From: Elusimicrobiota bacterium
GTDB taxonomy: Bacteria; Elusimicrobiota; Elusimicrobia; Elusimicrobiales; UBA9959
NCBI GenBank assembly: GCA_027340875.1
Contig: DAIENX010000094.1
Location: 1-26,696, forward strand
DNA length: 26,696 nucleotides
Direction of reading: 5' to 3'
Numbering within the stretch: position 1 is the first letter of the stretch; the number at the start of each line of letters is the position of its first letter. Below are positions 1 through 7,287 of the stretch, piece by piece. Below the pieces are notes generated by a model that saw only the letters and a list, made by a program, of their open reading frames with translations, had not been told where the DNA came from and did not search any database. Made by a program: the position numbers and the translations under genes.

Positions 1-108
1 GTTGATCAGGTCGGCGAACTTCGGTATGGCTATGGCAGCCAGAATACCGATGATGGCGACGACGATCATCAGCTCTATCAGGGTGAAGCCTTTCTTCATG
101 TTCTTCAT
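1..108 (-). CDS. Type IV pilin / prepilin-type N-terminal methylation protein (5' part; runs off window start)
   Basis: Not in the ORF track. The reverse complement reads [36 protein letters not shown], a classic class III signal peptide with G|F cleavage and Glu at +5. AGGAGG Shine-Dalgarno at 115-120 (minus). Confidence 0.95.
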   Translation of the reverse strand, partial: MKNMKKGFTLIELMIVVAIIGILAAIAIPKFADLIN

Positions 109-167
109 TAACTTCCTCCTTGAGTGCCCCCCTATGGATGAGATATCAATAATGCCGCAGGGGTTAT

Positions 168-201
168 TGTCAATTTACATAATCGCTTCGGATGATGTCA
201 A
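168..201 (-). promoter_or_regulatory. Two perfect TTGACA (-35) hexamers upstream of the pilin gene
   Basis: Minus-strand TTGACA at 196-201 and 168-173. The distal one is followed after 18 nt by TAAATT. The -10 matches are weak. Confidence 0.45.
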
Positions 202-231
202 CAAAAAAATCCCATAATTCTGCGGGGAAAG

Positions 232-256
232 AAAAACCCGCTTTCGCGGGTTTTTT
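232..256. terminator. Intrinsic terminator downstream of tRNA-Ser (bidirectional-type)
   Basis: AAAAACCCGC-TTTC-GCGGGTTTTTT. On the minus strand it is a stem with a GAAA tetraloop followed by a U-tract, just 3' of the tRNA. Confidence 0.88.
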
Positions 257-261
257 AAAAG

Positions 262-352
262 TGGCGGAGAGGAAGGGATTCGAACCCTTGATACCCTTTA
301 GGAGTATACAGACTTTCCAGGTCTGCGCCTTCAACCGCTCGGCCACCTCTCC
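262..352 (-). tRNA. tRNA-Ser (anticodon GGA)
   Basis: GGAGAGG acceptor stem pairing with CCTCTCC, then G-CCA. Anticodon arm CAGAC-CTGGAAA-GTCTG, long variable arm, GGTTCGAATCC T-arm, encoded CCA. Confidence 0.98.
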
Positions 353-373
353 GTAATACTGCTGCCGCGCGGT

Positions 374-401
374 TTTACAATTTTATTATATTTGATACCA
401 T
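374..401 (+). promoter_or_regulatory. Candidate sigma70 promoter for smpB (extended -10)
   Basis: TTTACA(374-379)-N16-TACCAT(396-401), preceded by TGn. ATG lies 6 nt after the -10 and there is no SD. Confidence 0.6.
385..390 (-). promoter_or_regulatory. Candidate -10 element for tRNA-Ser
   Basis: Perfect TATAAT on the minus strand in the AT-rich tRNA/smpB intergenic region. No clear -35. Confidence 0.5.
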
Positions 402-407
402 GAAACA

Positions 408-887
408 ATGCCGAAGCAGGAGAAAGAGGACAAGATCGAGCCGATCGCGACCAACCGGAAGGCCCGGCACGACTACCTGATAACGGACACCATAGAGGCC
501 GGACTGGCGCTGGAAGGGCCCGAGGTCAAGTCGCTCAGGCTGAAGCAGGCCACGCTGGTATCATCCTTCGCCAGGGCGGAGAGGGACGGACTGTACCTGT
601 ACGGCCTCCACATCGCCCCCTACGCCTTCAACACTTTAAAGGAGCTGGACCCTCTGCGCACCCGCAAGCTCCTGTTGAAGCGCCAAGAGATAAAGCGGTT
701 GACATCGGCGCTAGAGACCAAGGGAATGGCGCTGGTGGCATTGGAGCTGTATTTCAAGCGCGGCTGGGCCAAGGTGCTGCTTGGCCTGGCCAAGGGCAAG
801 AAGACGGCGGACAAGCACGAATCCATCAAGAAGCGCGACATCGACCGCGAAATGCGCCGGGAGTTCCGGGAGAAGTTCAAGGGGTGA
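408..887 (+). CDS. smpB: SsrA-binding protein SmpB
   Basis: NRKARHDY, EAGLAL.G.EVKSLR, HIAPY, R.RKLLL and GLAKGKK motifs; 159 aa. Confidence 0.97.
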   Translation: MPKQEKEDKIEPIATNRKARHDYLITDTIEAGLALEGPEVKSLRLKQATLVSSFARAERDGLYLYGLHIAPYAFNTLKELDPLRTRKLLLKRQEIKRLTSALETKGMALVALELYFKRGWAKVLLGLAKGKKTADKHESIKKRDIDREMRREFREKFKG

Positions 888-909
888 GCGCCCGGAGATG
901 TCCGGAAAG

Positions 910-943
910 AGAAGAGGCCCCGCTGAACGGGGCCTCTTCTTTT
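910..943. terminator. Terminator hairpin between convergent smpB and the beta-barrel gene
   Basis: AGAAGAGGCCCCG-CTGAA-CGGGGCCTCTTCT followed by TTT; 13-bp perfect stem. Confidence 0.85.
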
Positions 944-963
944 CGCTGTTCCTGTCCACCGCC

Positions 964-1695
964 TCAGAAGCGGAAGCCGGCGCTGGCGCCGAGGAGGGAA
1001 CGGCCGTGGGTCTGGGTAACGGATACGGAAAGATAGCCGAGATGCATCTTTACGCGGAAGCCAGCGGAGACCCTGGGCTCCGCCGTACGCACCTGCTTGC
1101 CGTCCAGCGCCGTGTCGGCGACGCCCTGCGCGTTAAGACGCGTGAAATCGTAACCGGCGCCGATGAACGGCGAGACCACCGGAACGTTGAGGGAGCAGAC
1201 CGCGGAGGCGTTGAAATGCACCGCGTAGAAGTAGCGGCTGGCCGCCATGTTGCCCATGCCTATCAGCATCGCGTTGAACTTTCCCTTCTCGTCGGAGACG
1301 TTCCACAGCCCGTAGCGAAGGCCGCCGCCGGCCACCGTCAGGCCCTCCACGACGCCGGCGCGGACGAAGCCGTCTATGCGGTAGGGCATGCCTATCTCGG
1401 CCTGCACGAACCCGAGGCCGAAGAGGTTGTCCCTCCTCAGCACAGTGTTCCCGCTGGACGGGTTGAACTGCGTCACGGCGCGTATGCCGATGTCGAAACC
1501 GGAGAAGCCGAGAGGCCGGGCGGTCTGGTTGGTGCCGGAGCCCAGCAAGCCGCCGAGGTCGCGCGCGAACGGCTTCATGGTCCTGGCTGAGGCGTACTTG
1601 AAATTGTCGAAATCCGCGGCCGAGGCGGAGGCGGCCAGGGAGAGAGCGGCGAGAAGGGCGAAAACGGTCTTGTTAAGCATGTTGCGCAACCTCAT
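964..1695 (-). CDS. Secreted, probably outer-membrane beta-barrel protein (loosely DUF6588-like)
   Basis: Signal peptide (…ALSLAASASA|ADF), alternating amphipathic strands (SPFIGAGYD, RVSAGFRVK) and C-terminal GFRF (BAM-type terminal Phe). ATGA overlap with the pilB stop. Confidence 0.7.
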   Translation of the reverse strand: MRLRNMLNKTVFALLAALSLAASASAADFDNFKYASARTMKPFARDLGGLLGSGTNQTARPLGFSGFDIGIRAVTQFNPSSGNTVLRRDNLFGLGFVQAEIGMPYRIDGFVRAGVVEGLTVAGGGLRYGLWNVSDEKGKFNAMLIGMGNMAASRYFYAVHFNASAVCSLNVPVVSPFIGAGYDFTRLNAQGVADTALDGKQVRTAEPRVSAGFRVKMHLGYLSVSVTQTHGRSLLGASAGFRF

Positions 1696-3491
1696 TCCTT
1701 TTCCGCGGCGCCGCCGAGCACTTCCTTCACGGTGGTGTGGCCGAGCAGCACCTTCTCCAGGCCGTCCATCGCGATCGTGCGCATCCCGTTCTTCATCGCT
1801 ATCTCCTTGACCGGGATGGCCGAGGGGTCCTTCAGTATCTGCAGGCGGATCTCGTCGTTGAGTATCAGCAGTTCGTGCAAGCCGACGCGGCCCTTATAGC
1901 CGGTGTTCTTGCAGACCTCGCAGCCCTTGGGCTTCCAGATCTTCGCGCCGGCGGGGACCTTGACGTTGTTAGCCTCGAAGACGGCGACCTCTTCCGGGGT
2001 CATGTCCGCCTGCTCCTTGCAGTCCTTGCAGAGACGCCGCGCGAGGCGCTGGGCCAGCACTGATTTCATCGTGTTGGCGACGACGAAGCGCGGGATGTCC
2101 ATCTGCGTGAGGCGCTCCAGGGCGGAAGGGGCGTCGTTGGTGTGGATCGTGGAGAACACGAGGTGGCCGGTCATGGCCGCCTCCATGGCGATGTGCGCGG
2201 TCTCTTCGTCGCGGATCTCGCCGACCATGATGACGTCCGGGTCCAGACGCATGAACGAGCGCAGGGCCGCGGCGAAGTCGAACTTCTTTCCCTTGCCGAG
2301 CTCCACGTCGGGGTTGACCGGCACCTGGATGATGCCGTCGATGTTGTACTCGACCGGGTTCTCCGCGGTCAGGATCTTGATGTCCGGGCGGTTGACGTAG
2401 TTGAGACAGCCGTAAAGCGTGGTGGATTTACCGGAACCCGTGGGGCCGCAGACCAGCATCAGGCCGAAGTTCTTCTTGCCGCCGATGCCCTGGAACTGCT
2501 TGAGCAGCTTCTCCTCCGTGTCCGGCATGAAGCCCATGATCTTGATGTCAACGCGCACGGACGCGCGGTCCAGGATACGCATCACGCAGGACTCGCCGAA
2601 GACGGTGGGCACTATCTCCACGCGGAACTCTATGGGGTTGCCCTTCGCGATGATCTGGATGCGGCCGCTCTGCGGGATGCGGCGCTCCGTGATGTTCATC
2701 GAGTTGGACATGATCTTGAGCTTGGCCATGATGGCCATGCGGAAGGCCCACGGGATCGAGAACGAGGCGGCGCGCAGCATGCCGTCCACGCGGTAGCGCA
2801 CCATGACCTTGGAATTCTTGCCGTTCGGGTCCTCGAAGGGTTCTATATGGATGTCGGAAGCCTTGGTGCTGAGGGCGCCGAGGATTATGGCGTTCACGAG
2901 CTTCTCCACCTCGGGGGCGCTCGCGTCCACGTCGCTGATGTCCTTCTTCTCCTCGGCCGCCATCGCGATGGCGCCTTCCTCCCCCTCCGGGACGGTCTGG
3001 GACTGCTGTACCGACTCCACGAGCTGGGCCACCTGCTCGCTGTCCTGCTTGCCGTAGATCTTTTCCAGCACGGCCATGATGCTCGGGGCCAGCGCGAGAT
3101 AGGGCTTGACGTCGAAGCCGGTGCGCAGGCCGATATCCTCGACTATCAGGAAGTCCCGCGGGTCGGCCATGGCCAGCGCGAGCGAGTTGTCCTGCTTGGC
3201 GAACGGCACGCAGATCTGTTTTTTCGCTATCTGTTCCTGCAGCAACTCCACCACCTCGGCCGGCGGCTCCATCTTGGAAAGGTCCACAGCCTTGAAGCCC
3301 CACTCGTCGGCGAGGACCTTCAGGAGCCTTAGGCCGTCTATCAGCTTCATATCCAGCAGGACCTGCTGGAGGTGTTTATTCTCTTTCTTGGCGGTCTCTT
3401 CGGCGGCTTTGAGCTGCTCCTCGGGCACGAGCTTATCCTCGAGGAGGATCTCGCTCATGTTCCGCTTACGCTTAAGACCTTGGGGCGGCAT
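1692..3491 (-). CDS. pilB: Type IV pilus assembly / type II secretion ATPase (PilB/GspE family)
   Basis: ASDIHIEP, RYRVDG, Walker A GPTGSGKST, Walker B DPDVIMVGEIRD, His box TGHLVFSTIHTN, tetracysteine CKDC…CEVC, GYKGR. An alternative start at MSEILL is possible. Confidence 0.93.
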   Translation of the reverse strand: MPPQGLKRKRNMSEILLEDKLVPEEQLKAAEETAKKENKHLQQVLLDMKLIDGLRLLKVLADEWGFKAVDLSKMEPPAEVVELLQEQIAKKQICVPFAKQDNSLALAMADPRDFLIVEDIGLRTGFDVKPYLALAPSIMAVLEKIYGKQDSEQVAQLVESVQQSQTVPEGEEGAIAMAAEEKKDISDVDASAPEVEKLVNAIILGALSTKASDIHIEPFEDPNGKNSKVMVRYRVDGMLRAASFSIPWAFRMAIMAKLKIMSNSMNITERRIPQSGRIQIIAKGNPIEFRVEIVPTVFGESCVMRILDRASVRVDIKIMGFMPDTEEKLLKQFQGIGGKKNFGLMLVCGPTGSGKSTTLYGCLNYVNRPDIKILTAENPVEYNIDGIIQVPVNPDVELGKGKKFDFAAALRSFMRLDPDVIMVGEIRDEETAHIAMEAAMTGHLVFSTIHTNDAPSALERLTQMDIPRFVVANTMKSVLAQRLARRLCKDCKEQADMTPEEVAVFEANNVKVPAGAKIWKPKGCEVCKNTGYKGRVGLHELLILNDEIRLQILKDPSAIPVKEIAMKNGMRTIAMDGLEKVLLGHTTVKEVLGGAAEKE

Positions 3492-3499
3492 GCCAGATT

Positions 3500-3529
3500 A
3501 TTATAAATATATTTCGCTGAAACTTACAA
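3500..3529 (-). promoter_or_regulatory. Candidate sigma70 promoter for pilB
   Basis: TTGTAA(3529-3524)-N18-TATAAT(3505-3500), then 8 nt to the ATG at 3491. Confidence 0.6.
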
Positions 3530-3895
3530 GGCCGTTCCCGGCTCCGTCGGGCCGGCTTCGCCGAACTCCAGGACGTCCCCTTCCTCCACCCTGCCGCGGC
3601 AGCGGCCGGCCGGCAGCTCCAGGACCCCGCGCGCGCCGAACACCCACGGCGACACGCGCCAGGGCTTCAGCCCTTCGATGACCCGCAGCACCTTCATATC
3701 CCTGTCCAGGAAGACCGCGTCTATAGGGAAGCTCATGAAGCACATGTGTATCATCGCGCAGGGCTCCAGCCAGAGGCCCTCGTCCTCGCCAAGGAACCTG
3801 CGGGGGATGAGGCCGAAAAGGCGCATGGAGAACGTATCGGCCCGGCCCGCGAAGGCGCTGACCTGCACTTTCCTGGTGGCGTTGAAGACTTTCAT
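3524..3895 (-). CDS. DUF192 family protein
   Basis: ADTF..RL.GL, GLWLEPC..IHM.FM.FPID.VFLD and VLELPAG motifs. Confidence 0.88.
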   Translation of the reverse strand: MKVFNATRKVQVSAFAGRADTFSMRLFGLIPRRFLGEDEGLWLEPCAMIHMCFMSFPIDAVFLDRDMKVLRVIEGLKPWRVSPWVFGARGVLELPAGRCRGRVEEGDVLEFGEAGPTEPGTAL

Positions 3896-3897
3896 GG

Positions 3898-5493
3898 TCA
3901 GCGCAGCAGCGCCATCTTGCCGACGGCAGCGTCCTTGTCCGTCTTTACACGGAAGATGTAGACCCCGCTGGCCACGTCCGCTCCCGCAGCGTTCTTTCCG
4001 TCCCAGGACAGGCCGTCCAGCTTCTTAACCAGCTCTCCCTCGGAAGTATAGACGCTGACCTCGGCGCCCGGCGCCAGTATGCGGTCAGGGACCGAGAACG
4101 TCACCAGCCGGGCGGCCTTGGGCCGGAACGGGTTGGGATAGGCGACGGCCTTCCCTGTTCCGGCGAAATCCTTGGACCCGGTCGTCGCCAGGCGCATGGC
4201 CTTGAGGGCGTTAACGCGTCCCCAGCCGAAGTCCCTGTCCGGGCCGGCCGGGCCCAGGTCGTCCGCTGAATTCTTCATCAGGTCGAAGATCCGCGGCGCG
4301 GAGTCGGAAGGCCTGGCGGACCAGAGCAGCGCGGCCAGGCCGGCTACCAACGGCGAGGAGAAGGACGTGCCGGTGGCGGAGGCGTAACCGTTGGAGATAT
4401 CGGTAGTATAGACGTCCACCCCGGGGGCGGTCAGGCCCTTGTAGGTCATCGTAGAGTCGCTGTTGGAGAAGGAGGCCAGATGGTCGCTCATGTCGGTGGC
4501 GCCTACGGCGTAGACCCCGGAGCAGTTCGCAGGGGAGTCGATGTACGGCGCGGACGCGTTGCCGGCCGCGGCTATCAGCAGCAATCCGGCGGAGACCGCC
4601 GAGTTAACGGCGGACTGCAGCGGGGCGGAGCAGCTGCCAGAGCTGCCGAGGCTCATGTTTATTATCAGCTTGCCGATGGCCGGCGTGTCGTGCAGGGAGA
4701 TGGCGTCGTTTATCGCGGAGGCTATCGAGATCTCGCTGGTGCTACAGGAGCCGTAGCCGGCGGCGTCGGAACAGTCGGAACCGCAGTCGGAATCGGAGAA
4801 GACCTTGAGCGAGAGAAGCCCGGCGCCCCAGGACATGCCGGCGACCCCCCGGCCGTTGTCGGAAGCGGCGGCGGCCACGCCGGAAGCCCTCGTGGCGTGA
4901 TTGCAGGCAGGCGTAGGCGGCTGGTTGTCCGAGGCGACACCGGTCACCGGGTCGAACTTGCGGCTGGTGCCGGCCAGCTTGCCGGAAAGCTCAGGATGAG
5001 AGCCGTCGATGCCGGTGTCGAGCAGAGCCACCGTAACGCGGCTGGAGGAGCCGGTCTCGTATTCCCAGGCCCCGAAGACCTGCACCTGCGCGAGCGCGTA
5101 CTGGCGGGCCAGGAAAGGGTCGTTGGAGGTGCGGCTGGTCCTGTAGACCCGGTTGGGCTCCGCGTATTCCACCTGCGGCATCGCGCGCAGCAGGGTAAGC
5201 GCGGAGGAGACGCGCATGCCGTCGGGAAGCGCCACCGAGGACCAGTTGAAGAGGCCGAAATCCCGCACCAGCGAGAAGCCCGCGGCTGACAGCGCGTCCG
5301 CCGCGGCCCGGGTGGAGACCCCCGCCTTGAAGCGGACTATCGCGCTGCCGGAAGCCACCAGCTGCTGCTCGGTACCGCCGGAAGCGGAGGAAAAGACAGC
5401 GAGGCGCTCGACTTTAAGGGCGGAAGCGCCGGCGGCCGGCAGCAGCAGGAGCGCCGCCAGGAGACATCTTGCCGCCGGGCCGGTAGGGCTCAT
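3898..5493 (-). CDS. Secreted S8 (subtilisin-like) serine protease with propeptide and C-terminal FlgD-Ig / T9SS-CTD-like domain
   Basis: Signal peptide; propeptide ending VEYAEPN; triad LLDTG / NHAT / GTSFSSP; oxyanion AAAGN; C-terminus AYPNPF…WDGKN…SGVYIFRV. Confidence 0.92.
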   Translation of the reverse strand: MSPTGPAARCLLAALLLLPAAGASALKVERLAVFSSASGGTEQQLVASGSAIVRFKAGVSTRAAADALSAAGFSLVRDFGLFNWSSVALPDGMRVSSALTLLRAMPQVEYAEPNRVYRTSRTSNDPFLARQYALAQVQVFGAWEYETGSSSRVTVALLDTGIDGSHPELSGKLAGTSRKFDPVTGVASDNQPPTPACNHATRASGVAAAASDNGRGVAGMSWGAGLLSLKVFSDSDCGSDCSDAAGYGSCSTSEISIASAINDAISLHDTPAIGKLIINMSLGSSGSCSAPLQSAVNSAVSAGLLLIAAAGNASAPYIDSPANCSGVYAVGATDMSDHLASFSNSDSTMTYKGLTAPGVDVYTTDISNGYASATGTSFSSPLVAGLAALLWSARPSDSAPRIFDLMKNSADDLGPAGPDRDFGWGRVNALKAMRLATTGSKDFAGTGKAVAYPNPFRPKAARLVTFSVPDRILAPGAEVSVYTSEGELVKKLDGLSWDGKNAAGADVASGVYIFRVKTDKDAAVGKMALLR

Positions 5494-6014
5494 TTCTTCC
5501 CTTTCTTGGCCCAGGCGGCTATCACGGCGGATTCCACCGCGCTCTTGAAGGCCGGCGAGGCGAAGGACAGCTGCGGCGGGAAGGCCACCCAGTAGGAGCC
5601 CTCCTCCTTCTTCGAGGCCATCACCCCGGCGACCACTAGCAGCTCGCCGTCAAAAGTCACCTCGGCGTTGGCCACACGTGCCTTGGAGCGCAGCGGCTTG
5701 AGCGAGGACACCTCCACCTTCGGGGCCGCCGGCGCCTTGGCCGGGGCCGTGAAGCCGTTCTTGAAACAGGCCTCCAGCTTGGAGTAGATGCCGCGGGTCA
5801 GCAGCTTTATGTCCGTGTACTTGCGCCCCTTGTTCTCGGTGAACGGCATAACCACGGCATCGTCCGTCCAGGCGACGGAGCTTACGGCCACCTGGCCGAG
5901 GGTGAAGTCGGCCGAGGGGGCGTCCTTAACCTTGGCCGGCGAGACGGCGGTGACCTCCAGCGCGAAAGACTGCGCCGCCAGCAGCAGCAGCGCGGAACTA
6001 ATCAGCCTTTTCAT
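5490..6014 (-). CDS. Secreted protein with two SpoVG-like repeats
   Basis: AGGAGG SD and signal peptide MKRLISSALLLLAAQSFA. The halves resemble SpoVG by eye (…VVMPFTENKGRKYTDI…; ANAEVTFDGELLV…SYWVAFP). Confidence 0.6.
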   Translation of the reverse strand: MKRLISSALLLLAAQSFALEVTAVSPAKVKDAPSADFTLGQVAVSSVAWTDDAVVMPFTENKGRKYTDIKLLTRGIYSKLEACFKNGFTAPAKAPAAPKVEVSSLKPLRSKARVANAEVTFDGELLVVAGVMASKKEEGSYWVAFPPQLSFASPAFKSAVESAVIAAWAKKGKK

Positions 6015-6687
6015 TCTCCCTCCTGATTATCCCCACGAGGTCGTAGATATCGTCGAGCTCGTAGTCCGCGCCGGACACCGGCGTGTCGAACTCGTTGCCG
6101 TACTTGGCCCAGGCCGTGCGCATCCCCAGCGCCTTGGCGCCTTTGATGTCCCGCTCGGCCCAGTCGCCGACCATGATCGCCTCGCGCGGCTCCGTCTGCA
6201 TAAGCGACAGGATCTTCTTGAACGGCTTGGGGGACGGCTTCTTCTCGCCGGTATCGTCGAACGTGACTACGTGCTCGAAGTAGTGGTGCAGCCCGAGCCC
6301 GACGATGCGCAGCCAGACGGAGAGGCGCGGGGCGTCCGAGACGACCCCCATGCGCACGCCCATCTTCAGCAGGTCGGTCAGCGCCATCTTGACGTGCGGG
6401 TAGAGGGTGAAGTACCCCTCCTTGGCCCGCTTGTAGCCGATGATGCCGGCGGCGAGGATCTTGGGGTCCACCTTGCCGAACTCCTTCATCAGCACCTTGT
6501 CGAAGATGTTCTGGTCCTCGATGCCTTCCTTCCAGTAGATCTCGAAGATCTTGTCGCGCAGCTGGTCCTTGGGCATCGGCAGGCCGGCGTCGATCATGGC
6601 GTCCACGGCCGCGTCGACGGCGGCGCGCTTCATGCGCATGAAGTCCATCAGCGTATTGTCGATGTCGAGGATGACGGCCTTGATCAT
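5998..6687 (-). CDS. HAD-superfamily (subfamily IA) hydrolase
   Basis: Motif I DIDNTL, motif II VVSD, KP.P and motif IV MVGDWAERDI. Confidence 0.92.
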   Translation of the reverse strand: MIKAVILDIDNTLMDFMRMKRAAVDAAVDAMIDAGLPMPKDQLRDKIFEIYWKEGIEDQNIFDKVLMKEFGKVDPKILAAGIIGYKRAKEGYFTLYPHVKMALTDLLKMGVRMGVVSDAPRLSVWLRIVGLGLHHYFEHVVTFDDTGEKKPSPKPFKKILSLMQTEPREAIMVGDWAERDIKGAKALGMRTAWAKYGNEFDTPVSGADYELDDIYDLVGIIRRENEKAD

Positions 6688-6688
6688 A

Positions 6689-7255
6689 TTACTTGGAGAC
6701 GCGCTCCACGTACGTGCCGGTGCGGGTGTCCACGCGGATCTGGTCGCCCTCGTTGATGAACATCGGGACCTTCACCGTGATGCCGGTATTGACCTTGGCG
6801 TCCTTCATCACGTTGCTGACGGTATCGCCGCGCACGCCCGGGACGGTCTCGGTGACGGTCATCACCAGGTTGGCGGGCAGCTGTATGGTGAAGAACGCGT
6901 CGTTCAGGTAGACGCCTTCGACGGCCATGTTCTCCGTCATGTAAGGAAGCTTGTCCTTGATCTTGTCCTTGGGCAGGCCCACCTGCTCGTAGGTGGCGTC
7001 GTCCATGAAATAGGCCATGTCGCCGTCGGAGTAGACGTAGGTCTTCGGGCGCTTCTCCACCATCACGTCCTTGAACTTGTCCTCCGGGCGGTAGGTGGTC
7101 TCGATGATGGTGCCGGTCTCCACGCCGCGCAGCTTCACGCGCACCACGGCGCGGGCCTGCGACTTGCGGTGATGCTGGATGGTAAGGACCTCCACCATCT
7201 GATTGTTCTCGTTGATGAACATCGTCCCTTCTTTGAACTGCGTTGCGAGTATCAT
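6689..7255 (-). CDS. efp: Elongation factor P (atypical tip loop)
   Basis: Start at 7255 with AGGAGA SD. VRVKLR, YFMD..TYEQ, PGVRGDT and VPMFINEGD.IRVDTRTG.YVERV signatures; 188 aa. Confidence 0.95.
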   Translation of the reverse strand: MILATQFKEGTMFINENNQMVEVLTIQHHRKSQARAVVRVKLRGVETGTIIETTYRPEDKFKDVMVEKRPKTYVYSDGDMAYFMDDATYEQVGLPKDKIKDKLPYMTENMAVEGVYLNDAFFTIQLPANLVMTVTETVPGVRGDTVSNVMKDAKVNTGITVKVPMFINEGDQIRVDTRTGTYVERVSK

Positions 7256-7287
7256 ATTACGTCTCCTGTTGTTTGTTTGGATATCCT

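Noticed and set aside
2..217. 71-aa plus-strand ORF
   Set aside because: It is the antisense shadow of the pilin N-terminus, which has the SD and the G|FTLIE motif on the minus strand.
232..960. tRNA-Ser/smpB as a possible island integration site, or a nearby tmRNA gene
   Set aside because: No integrase or duplicated tRNA 3' end was seen, and there is no intergenic space large enough for ssrA.
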